DNA from: the human T2T-CHM13v2.0 reference genome, Homo sapiens
Length of the DNA: 64,000 nucleotides
NCBI RefSeq assembly: GCF_009914755.1
Contig: NC_060927.1
Strand: one strand, 5' to 3'
Below, piece by piece: positions 46,701 through 64,000 of the stretch (positions are counted from its first letter, which is position 1; every line of letters starts with the position of its first letter). A program made the position numbers and the translations under genes. The notes under the pieces are model-generated. The model was not told the origin of the DNA. It did no database searches and worked only from the letters and a program-made list of their open reading frames with translations.

Positions 46701-47739
46701 ATTTTGGAGCTTTCAGTTGCATTTGGTAAAGGCCTATGTATTCTCAAATGTGCCAAAGGGTAAGAGAGAAGAAGGCCAAGGAATTCGGTCTTAGGTCACT
46801 GCTCCCTCTTTAAATAAAATAGTTATAACTGAAACTTGTTTTTTACTAGACATTTGTGTGATATTTCAGTAAAAACAAACAAAAGCTCACCTGAAAAAGC
46901 TTAAAAAACAATCCACCCCACAATGTTGCCTTACAGCATAGCTTTCAGAAGTTCTTGCCAAAAAAAAAAAAAAAAAAACCTGTGATAGAAATTGGGGGAG
47001 TGACATCGGCAAGATGGCTAGCTACAGACGCTTGGCATTCATCCCCCCTACAAGAATGAACCAAAGCAAAGAATCCATAGCTGATTTGACTGGAGTGTTG
47101 AAGGGAGATCATTAGAATGTAGTAGGAGAGTAGAGACACATTTGTGGTGATTGGAAGCCCAGGAGGGCAGTGTGGAGGCACCTAGCCTCTGCAGCCCCAT
47201 CTCTCTCACCCAGATCAGATTTGCCTAGAGTCAGGAGGGACGTCCTGTTTCAAGGAGAAGGTATGCAGAAGATCCCCACCAGCCCCCATTGCCACCGTAA
47301 ACACCTACAATCCTTACAACAGGAAAATCTTAAGTTCTCACAAGCCCTGAGCCAAGTTTTGAAATATACTGGGAATTTGCATAGTTGTATTGCCCAGATT
47401 AGAAGCACAAGGTGTGTACTCCTCTCACCCAGCCATGGTGAGCCAACCTGCTGTAGCACGGTGCCATCTTAAGACCAGTGTGTGCCCTCTTCTGGGGCAC
47501 AGTAGCTACTGCTCTCCTGCATTGGGGCTCCATCTTCATTAAACCAAGCCCACAAATGTGACAGAATGCCAAAATCCTAGCTGTGTGAAGCCTGGGCCTA
47601 GGATTGGCTGTGACTCTGGTCCAGCACAGCAGGATAACCAATCCCTGCCTCCCTCACTTCCAGTCAAAGGAACAGTCTAGCAGTCCTGCCTAGGACAAAC
47701 TTATCCTAAAGCCTGCCAAACCACTACATGCCTTCCCCT

Positions 47740-48680
47740 GAAGTCGGAGAGGCCCCTGAGTCTTCAAGCAGCTAATATGCCCCTGGGCCAGCAGAGTAGC
47801 TACATACCTGTGCTCAGAACCTAAGAGCCCCCTAGCATCCCTGATACCCCCAGACATGTCCTTGGCCTGCCCAGTGGCCCTGTAACCCTAATAAGGGCCT
47901 GAGAAATAGTCTTGTAAGCCATGATTGGTAGGCATGCTCCCAGATCAGCCAAGCAGCCAAGAGACCTGAGAAACAATTCCATGGACCACCCTGTTGAGCG
48001 CACCCCTGAGCCAGCCAAGCAGCCTTACACTTTCATCTCAAACCTAAGCACTAGCCCATGGTCCATCCAGAGAAGACGGCCCCAGGCTCGTCAAGCAGCT
48101 ATGTGCCCCTGAGAAAGAGCCCTGTGAGCTGCTTCTGGTAAGCATGCCCGGGACCAACCAAGCATCCCTGTGTCTGCATCCCAGGTCTGTGCAACAGCAC
48201 CATGGACCGCCTCCCACAGACATCCCCCAGCTGAGCAGCCATGCAGCTTTAAAGCTTGAGAAATAGTGTCGTGGATCAGCTGCAGCAGGCACACACACAG
48301 CCAGCCCTGCACCCACATACCAGGCCTAAGAAATAACCCCATGGACTATCACTGGCTAGCACACCCCCCTACTCCAGCCAAGCAGCCTTTAGCCCATGTC
48401 CCAGGCCTGAGAAACAGCCCTGTGGGTCAACCCTGGAAAACACATTTCCAGGTGGCAGAGCAGTAGTGTACATACCTTCCAGGCCTGAGAAACCACCCCA
48501 CAAGCTGCTCCTGAGAGGCCAAACCCCAGGCTAGCCAAACAACTGTGTGCGTTAGTTTGTGGCCAGAGTAACAGCCCTGTGACCCCCAACCCTGGAGAGT
48601 CAAACCTCACATTGGCCAACCCATATGTGCATACAGATACCCTCAACATAAGAAACAGCCCAGTGGGCCCACCCATGGCA
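47740..48680 (+). repeat. Diverged ~70-80-bp tandem array in the L1MA 5'UTR
   Basis: Recurring ggcctgagaaacagccc / gccaagcagcc cores near 47896, 47962, 48107, 48254, 48322, 48403, 48482, 48561 and 48648. Confidence 0.8.
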
Positions 48681-49650
48681 AAGCACACAACCAAGCCACA
48701 AACATTCTCAGCCTAAGACGCTAAGAAACTCGCAAATGCCACCGGCATGGATTACAACTGAAGAAACTACACAGAGACTATACTAGAACAAAGATCAAAA
48801 CACACAACACACTGATACCACCAGACCTATTCATATGAATAAGTCTTTCCCTAGGAAGCCTACTCGATAAATTTGGAAGAGGTGAATTTTCTACCAGATG
48901 CATAGAAATCAATGTAAGGACACATCAACCATGAAAAAGCAAGGAAACATGTCACTTCCAAAGGAAAATAATTCTGCAGTAATATACCCCAATCAAAAGG
49001 AAATATAGGAAGTGCTAGAGTAGTAATTCAAAATAATAATCTTAAAGAAACTCAGTGAGATACAAGCAAATGCACATAGACAATTCAATAAAATTAGGAA
49101 ACAATTCATCATTTGAATGAGAAATTCAACAAACAGATGTGATAAATAGATATCATTATAAAAAAACAAACAAATCCTAGAACTGAAGAATTTACTGAGT
49201 TAAACAAAAAATACAATTGAGAACTGTAACAACACATTAGACCAACCAGAAGAAAGAATTTATGAACTAGAAGATAAATATTTTGAAATAATACAGGCAG
49301 ACAAAAAAAAAAGAAAAAAGAAAACAGAATAAAGAAAGCATGCTGGATTTACAAGACACGATTAAGCAAATATTTACATTATGAGCATTATAGAAAGGAG
49401 AAGAGACAAGGAAAGGTAAGAAAAATATATTTAATGAAATAATAGCAAAAAATGTCTCAAGTCTATGGAGAGAGAAGGATATCCAGGTTCAGGAAGCTCA
49501 AAGAACCCCAAATAGATTCAACTTAAACAGGTCCTCTTCAAGGGACATCATAGTCGAATTGTCAAAAGTCAAGAACATAGAATTTTAAAAGCAGCAAGAG
49601 AAAAGTGTAAAGTCGTATATAAGGGAATCCTCATTAGAATAACAGTGTAT

Positions 49651-49957
<307 letters not shown>

Positions 49958-50926
49958 TCAGCAGACAGTTTATAGGCCAAGAGACAATAAAATGATATAG
50001 TCAAGATGCTGAAAGAAAAAAAAACCTGCCAGCCAATAATAATATACCCAGCCAAATTATCCCTCAGAAATGAAGGATAAATAAAATCTTTCATAGACAA
50101 ACAAAAACTAAGAAAACTTATCACCACTACACCAGCATTACAAGGGAGTCTTATGTTTGGAAATAAAAAGATGATAACCACTATTATGAAAACATGCAAA
50201 ACTATAATACTCACTGGTACAGCTGATACACAAAGGAGAAAGATAAATCAAACTTTATCACTACAGAAAACCACCCAAATCTAAAAAAATAATAATAAGA
50301 AGAAAGGATATAAGGAACAAAGAATATACAAAATAACCCCGAAACAAACAATAAACATGATAGGAATAAGACCTCACCTATCAAAAATAATCTTGAATAC
50401 AAATGGATTAAATTCCTCATTTAAACAACATAGACTGACTGAATGGTTACAAAAACAAGACCTATCTCCATACTCCCTACAAGAAGCTCATCTTGTTATT
50501 AAAGACACAAATAGGATGAAAGTGAAGAGATAGAAAAAGATATTCCACGGTGACAAACACCAAAAATGAGCGGGAAAACCTATACTTGTATCAGACAAAG
50601 AGATTTCATTTTAAAAGCTATAAGAAGAGACAAAGAAGGACATTATGTGATAATAAAGGAATTAATTCAGTGAGAAAATATAACAATTGTAAAAATATAT
50701 TCACCCAATACTAGAGCATTCAGGTATATAAAGCAAATATTATTAAATCTAAAGAGAGAGATAAACCCTAAAACAATGATATCTAGGGACTTAAAAACCT
50801 CACTGTCAGCACTAGACAAATCATCTAGACAGAAAATCAACAAGGAAACATTGAATTTAATCTGCTCTATAGACCAAATAGACCTAACAGACATTTACAG
50901 AACATTTCACTCAACAGCTGCTTGGG

Positions 50927-51054
50927 TGACCATATGTTAATTAAGCATAATTAACATGTGTTAATCAAGCATAATTAACATGTGTTAATCAAGCATAATT
51001 AACATATGTTAATTAAGCATTAATGTTAATTAATGCTTAATTAACATATGGTCA
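50927..51054. repeat. AT-rich palindromic/tandem insertion
   Basis: Three 24-bp units cat(a/g)tgttaat(t/c)aagcataattaa, then a perfect 22-bp stem (51003-51024 / 51029-51050); the outer ends are also inverted. Confidence 0.95.
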
Positions 51055-52281
51055 TTTCTCCAGGACTGATCATATATTAGAACATAAAACAAGTCTCCAA
51101 AATTTTTAAAAATTGTGACCATACCAAGTATCTTATCTGATCACAATGGAATAAAACTAGACACCAATAACAAGAGTAACATTCAAAACTATACCAATAC
51201 ATAGAAATTAAATAGCTGGCTCCTAATGACCAATAGGTAAAGAAAGAAATTAAGACTAACATTTAAAACTTCTTTGAAACCAATGAAAATTTAAGCATAA
51301 CATACCAAAACTTATGGAGCAAAAGCAGTATTAAGAGGTAAGTTTATAGCAATATATGCCTACATCAGAAAACTAGAAAGATTTTAAATAAACAGTGTAA
51401 CAATGTGCCTTGAAGAACTAGAAAAGCAAGAACAAATGAACCCCAGAATTAATAGAAGGAAAAAAATAATATAAATCAGAGCATACATAAATAAAACTGA
51501 GAGTAAAAAAATACAAAAGATTCATGAAACAAAAGGGTAGTTTTTGAAAATATAAACAAAATTGACAAACCATTAACTAGACTAAGAAAGAGAAAAGGTT
51601 CAAATAAATAAAAATCAGAAACAAAAAATGACATATCTCAATAGATAACATAGAAATAGGAAGGATCATTAGAGATTACTATATACCAGTAAATTTAAAA
51701 ATAAAGAGAAAATGGATAACTTAATGGACATATACAACCTACCAAAATTGAAACAAGACAAATAGAACACCTAAACATATAATATTAATAACAATTAATG
51801 AGATTAAATCAATAATAAAAAGTCTTCCAACAAAAAAAAGTCCAGGACTGGTTTTACCATTGGATTCTACTAAACATTTAAAGAATTAACACTAATTCTT
51901 CTCAAACTATTTTAAAACAGAGGGAATTTTTCCTAACTCATTCTATGAGGCTAGCATAACCCTGTTAGCAAAAGAAGACTAGGATCCAACATAAAAAGAA
52001 AACTACAGGCCAATATCTGATGAACATAGAAATAAAAATTCTCAACAAAATCTTAGCAAACTAAATACAACAACACATCAAATTAATCATACACCATGAT
52101 CAAGTGGGATTTATCCCAGGAAAGCAAGCATGAGTCAACATATGCAAATCAATACACATCATACATCACATTAATGGAATGAAGAACAAAAGCCATATGA
52201 TCATCTTAATAGATGCAGAAAAAGCTTTTGATAACATTCAACATCCCTTCATAATAAAAACTAATAAATTAGGTAGAGAAG

Positions 52282-52862
52282 TGTTGGCGAAACCAGTCCC
52301 ACACCACCCAGTGGGTACTCGGAGTCCAGTGGAGACAAAGGAGTTAGAAAGAGACAGAAAAAGCGTTTAAAAGGTGGGTCCAGGGGACCAGAGCATCGGA
52401 GGTTTGCTCACAGCCCAGAGCTCTCAGGCTCTGCCCAATTTATTGGTTTAATTGGTTTACAAGCTCTTTGTTCTTAGGGCAGATGGGAGGGGGAGGAAGG
52501 GATGAGGAAATGGATTAATCAGTGAAGGAGAACTCGTGAGTTATTTGATAAAATGTATAGCAGTGGTGGTTTCTGTGAATTTCCTTGAGCAAAGGCGTGT
52601 GTATAAACTACTTAAGATCTTTAACTTATCTGGACTGAAACGGGTGGGAGCAGGTTTCAGGAGGAGCCAAGATGTTTGATTATACTCCACTGCTTCAAGG
52701 AAGCGTTATCTCCCTGAGCAACCTATGGAATGCCGCTGAGTGGTTATGCTCTTGGGGCATAAAGACATGAAGGCAATAAGGAGACTTCTCCTCAGAGTCC
52801 ACCCATGGCTTTCCATGGGTGTCGCACACAGAGGAGACCAACCAGAAACTCTCTTTCCCACA
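52282..52862 (-). mobile_element. ERVK solo LTR, LTR14B-like
   Basis: TG...CA termini; minus strand starts tgtgggaaagagagtttctgg; perfect 5-bp TSD AGAAG (52277-52281, 52863-52867) within L1 ORF2. Confidence 0.8.
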
Positions 52863-53105
52863 AGAAGGAAAGAAGCTCAACATACTAAAGGCTTTATATG
52901 GAAAATCCACAGCTAACATCTTACTGAATAGAGGAAAGCTAAATCTTTTCCTATAAAAACTAATAGAACATAACATAGAACTGGAAACCCTAGCCAGCAC
53001 AGTTAGCAAGAGAAAGAAAAAAAGGGCATCAAAATTGTAAAGGAGGAAGTCAAATTGTCCCTGTTTGCAGATGACATGATCTTATATATAGAAAAACCTA
53101 AAGAC

Positions 53106-59303
<6,198 letters not shown>

Positions 59304-60741
59304 AGAAAACCCTAAAGACTCTACAAAAAAAACCCCCAGCAACTTAGAACCAATAAGCACATTAAATAAAGTTGCAAGGTATAAAATTAATATACAAAAA
59401 TCAGTAGCATTTTTGTACACAAACAATGAACTAGCTGAAAAAGAGGTCAAGAAGGCAATCCCACTTGCAATACCTACAGAAAAATAAAATACCTAGGAAT
59501 ATATTTAACAAATGAGATGAAGGACATATACAAGGATAACTATGAGACAATGATGAAAGAAATTAAAGAGGATACAAACAAATGGAAAGACATCCCATGC
59601 TCATGGATCAGAGGAATCAATATTGTTGAAATGACAATACTACCCAAAGCAATCTACAGATTTAATGTAATCTCTATCAAAATGTCAATGACATTCTTCA
59701 CAGGAATAGAAAAATTTCTAAAATTTGTATAGAACCACAAAAGATCTCAAAGAGCCAAAGCAATCCTGACCAAAGAGAACAAAGCTGGAGATATCACACT
59801 ACCAGATCTGAAGTATACTACAAAGCTATAGTAACCAAAACAGCATGGTACTGGCATAAAAACAGGCACATAGACCAATGGAACAAAATAGAGAACCCAG
59901 AAATTAATCCATATATCTACAATCAATTGATATTTGATAAAGGTCCCAAAAACACCTACTGGGGAATAGTCAGTCTCTTCAATAAATGGTGCTAAGAAAT
60001 GGATATTTATAGGCAGAAAAACTAGAACCACAACTCTCATCCTATTAAAAAAACAACTCAAATGGCCCAAAGATCTAAATGTAAGACCTGAAACAAAAAA
60101 ACTACTAGAAGAAAACACACTAGAAATGACTCAGAACATCAGTCTAGAAAATGTTTTGGGAAGAAGTCCTCAAAAGCATAGGCAACAAAAACAAAATTAA
60201 ACAAATGGAATTATGTCAAACTAAAAAGCTTCTATACAGCAAAACAAACAATCAACAAAGTAAAAAGGCAATCTACAGAATGGGAGAAAATATTTGCAAA
60301 CTACTCATCTGACAAAGGATTCATATCCAGAACATACAATGAGCTCCAACATTGCAACACCAAGAAAAGCAAACAATATGATTTTTAAATGGGCAAGTGA
60401 TCTGAATAGATATTTCTCAAAATAAAACAAACAAATGGTCAACAAATATATTTTAAAATGCTTAACATCACCAGTCATCAGGGAAATGCAAATCAAAACC
60501 TCAATGAGGTATTATTTCACCCCAGTTAGAATGGCTATTATCAAAACAACAAAAAAATTTTAAAATGCTGGTGAGGATGCAGCGAATAGGGAACTCTTAA
60601 AACACTGTTTGTGGGAATATAAGCTAGTACAATCACTATGGCGAGCAGGATAAAAGTTCCTCAAAAATGACCAATAGAACTACCATATGATCCAGCAATC
60701 CCAGGGCTGGGCATTTATCCAAAGGAAAGGAAATAATTATA

Positions 60742-60829
60742 ACATAATGGTTGGGGATCCACCGGCTCATCTTGCAACTGCCAAAAATATGATTTATAAG
60801 TCCCTATTAAATATTTCTCTCTGAGAAAA
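60742..60829 (+). mobile_element. Short retroposed insert with poly(A) signal and TSD
   Basis: 88 non-L1 bases with attaaa (60806-60811) and a short A run, flanked by the perfect 11-bp repeat aaataattata (60731-60741, 60830-60840). Confidence 0.75.
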
Positions 60830-62554
60830 AAATAATTATATCAGAGAGACATCTAAACTCCCATGTTATGGCGGCACTATTCGTAATAGCCGAGATTAGA
60901 AATCAACATAGGTGTCCAGTAACAGACGAATGGATAAAGAAAATGTGGTATGTATACACAATGGAATACTATTCAGACATAGAAATTAATGAAATTCTGT
61001 TATTCTTTACAACATGGATAAAGTGGGAGGACATTATGTTAAATGAAGTTAATTGAAATATTACTATGTACCCCATGAATAGGTACAGTTTTAATTTGTC
61101 AATTTAAAACAAAATTTTAAAAACTTGTAAGAAATGAGAATGTCCAATGTCCAGAGAGCTCTTTCTCTGAAGACTTTAAAGAAAAAATATTATATTTTGA
61201 GAAAAAATAATATATTCCCTTTTCTTCCTTAAAGTATAAGAATATAAGAGATTATTACTCACATACTTCCTACAACAAGGATGACAAATTTAAAGCTCCT
61301 AAGCCCTAGGCCATCATGGCTATTCTGTCACCACTGAGCCAAAATAGAGCCCCAGAATGTTTTTCAGTTGAGCATTTCCAGCCATTTAACCTGTCAATAA
61401 GAGATATAGGAACTATTTCATTTTATTTATATACCCACCTTTCCCAGAATTAAAAAAAAAAAAGAAGTCTTGTGCTTCATAAAAGGTGTCTATTGAAACA
61501 AAACTAAACTCAAACCATAAAGAAACGAATAACATATCCTGAAGAAATTTCCTCTTTCTCAGAATTAAAAAGGCTTCAACCTTGAATTTTCAAAATAAAC
61601 TCATCTCAGAGCTGCCACTGTGGTTAGTGAAAACTATTAAGCTACAGACTTCGTACTGATGTCACTCCTTCTCTATTCACTACGTGTGACCCATAGCCCT
61701 ACCCTGTTTCTCTTCTGCTCTCTGCTTTCATAGGTCTCTGTTGGGTCACTTAGCTCAAGCTAAATGGAAAGAGTAGAAAAAGAGGCTTTCTTTAGCCTTC
61801 CTGTCAATATGCAGGCATATAACCTCACTGGAATCAGAAAACCTACAGATTATCACACTCCAACTGTCACAAATGACATCAGAACTGAGTTCATGTGAAT
61901 ACCAATTCTAACAGCATTTTTTAAAAATCAGGGCATGCTTTGTGCCCTCAGTAGAAAATGTTAGAAAAAGCACCTGTTGTTACCCCAATCCCTATCCCCA
62001 TTTTACTTTCACCTTCTCTAGGTGAAAGCACATGTCAGGCATCAAGATCAAAGTCACACTGATAGAGAGCTAACAGAAATAAAAAGACTGAAGGAGGAAG
62101 AAAGGATGTTTATTAAATTGGGGGTCAAAAAAGGAGATAAATAGTATTATCTCCCCTCCTGTTTCAAGAAGAGGTAAAACAGGCTGGAATTTGAGAAACT
62201 TTTATTAGGTAAAAGGAAAGGATTTTGAAAACCAAAAAAAAAAAAAAAAGTTGATGATGGGGGCAGAATTTCTCGATTGTACTTTTTTAGGTATAGAGTT
62301 TTAGATGATGGGCATTTGTCTAAGACATTTTCAAGATTTCAGGAGACTTTATAAACCTGTGGAAGTGGATAGAAAGGTAGGAAGGCAGGTTAGGTGTGCT
62401 TTCAAATATACCAAAGAAGACCAAGATTGAGCTTCTAGACTACTGGCTAAAGAATCAGTGGGGGCCTTCAGATGATCTTCTTACTTGTCCAAACAAATTT
62501 ACCATTAGGAGAAAAGGCAGATTTCTGAAGAATTACTTTGCAGAAATAAAGATA

Positions 62555-62909
62555 TTATCAGGCAAGAAAAGCTACATTATGCTGCAGTGACAAAATCTTA
62601 TTGACTTAAAGTAATCAAGTCTTGTTTCTTGTTCAATCTATACATTCACCTACTCTGCTCATAATCATTCAGGGAACACTCACCATCTCAAACATTAAAA
62701 ATTAGAGAGAAAAGAATTATGAAGGTTCTTGCCTTGGCTATTAAATGATTTCCCTGGAAATATCATGTGCTACTTTTGCTCATAACTTATTATTCAGAAC
62801 CAATCACAGGGCCTCACTCAGACACAATGAGGATGAAAAGTATGATACCATGTGCCTAGAACAGGAGACAGGGGATACATTTAAGAGTACAGCGCTAATA
62901 ACTACCTCA
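62555..62909 (-). mobile_element. Old MLT1 (MaLR) LTR relic
   Basis: attatgctgcagtgacaaaatc...ctggaaatatcatgtgctacttttgctcataacttatt...agaaccaatcacagggcc. Confidence 0.7.
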
Positions 62910-63739
62910 AGAGGGCATCCTCCTGTTTCTCAAGAACCTAAGCAAGTATAATGGAGTCTCAGAGTCAGAAGAAGAACATTTATAACATGTCTTCTGCTTG
63001 TAAGTATGCATATAAAACAGAAGTGGCATAGAGCATAAATAAACTCTAAGCTACCTGATTCCCCCACTTCTGGCATGCAAGATAAGGTTTATAAATACTT
63101 GGAGCATCTAGGAAATTGATTCCTCGATATACGATTGATTGATTGATAGCTAGATAGCTAGCTAGAAATGAAGGAGGCTAGACTAAGGGTTAAGAGAAAA
63201 TTATTTTTCCTTCTTCTATAGATAGATATAGCAAAAATATAATAGAATTTCATTAATTAGGGCTGGAATGGGAGAAATCCACACTGATTTAGTCAAAGGT
63301 ATATATTATGAAATATATTAAAATTAATTTAATGTTATTTTAAGGAAATGATATTATTGTCAATATTACAAAATATTTAAGAGAAAATATTACACACAAA
63401 ACCTCAAACAATCAGATTTAGTTCATATATATTGACTTAAATAATAAGGAATGCAATACATACCAAAAATTTGGCATACGTAGTCACAGACTTATAGACC
63501 CATTGATGTCTCTACTACCAAGTTATTGGTTTCATGGCCATCCAACTTTCCTTTGGACTAAAAAAGGATTCAGTTAGCTCGCCATAACATTTTATGATAA
63601 ATTCATGGTTAAACTATACTTTTAAAAGATAACTACTAATTTTAGTTTGAAAACTAATGCACACTTTATCTAAGGTCATAAAAGACACATTGGTCATTGT
63701 TATTTATTCTTGCTTTACTCAGGTTTTTGTTGTTTTCTA

Positions 63740-64000
63740 TTGTGAGAGTGATCAATTAAGATTGCAGAAAAAACTCTGAATAATATTACCAAAAAGGGAA
63801 TATATTGAGAGGATCACAGCCAGTACAGGTGAAAAAGCCTACAATAGGCTTAAAAAAAAATAACACAAACTGGGGAATCAGAAATTAGACTATTATACAG
63901 GAGTGAATTGGCTACCACAGGATAAGGGCACACCTATCATTGTTTAGGGTTTTGCATCATTCTCCAAGAGTCTGCATCCTAGAGCAGATGCTATTTAACG
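63740..64000 (-). mobile_element. Possible old MLT1 LTR relic, running off the window
   Basis: ttgcagaaaaaactctgaataatattaccaaaaagggaatatattgagagg resembles an MLT1 terminus; very diverged. Confidence 0.35.

Noticed and set aside
47740-48680. Repeat-spacer-like array resembling CRISPR
   Set aside because: Units are diverged along their whole length, lie in an L1 5'UTR where tandem repeats are known for old L1 families, and the DNA is human with no cas genes.

Overview
Human genomic DNA. An L1HS-Ta element and an AluYa5-lineage element carry human-specific diagnostic bases. The window is AT-rich and dominated by retroelements, with two large nests of L1s inserted into older L1s (about 12.1-27.7 kb and 47.0-61.1 kb). 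It also holds Alus, MaLR/ERV LTRs (including a complete MST provirus and an LTR14B-like solo LTR), MIR/L2 relics and Tigger/MER DNA-transposon fossils. Nearly all long ORFs in the track are L1 or Alu debris. In unique sequence I see two candidate minus-strand exons (38862-39017 and 9393-9573). Each has good splice sites and exactly one open frame, and the two phases are compatible. A diverged partial copy of the first lies 1.5 kb away. I do not recognise the gene. Other notable structures are a ~165-bp duplication flanking an L1, a templated palindromic insertion inside an old L1, an L1HS Ta-0 with an internal deletion, a 3' tag and almost no TSD, two inverted L1s, and a tiny poly(A)/TSD-flanked insert. 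I found no convincing new multi-component biological system. Subfamily calls were made by eye from remembered consensus sequences, and the boundaries of old repeats are approximate.
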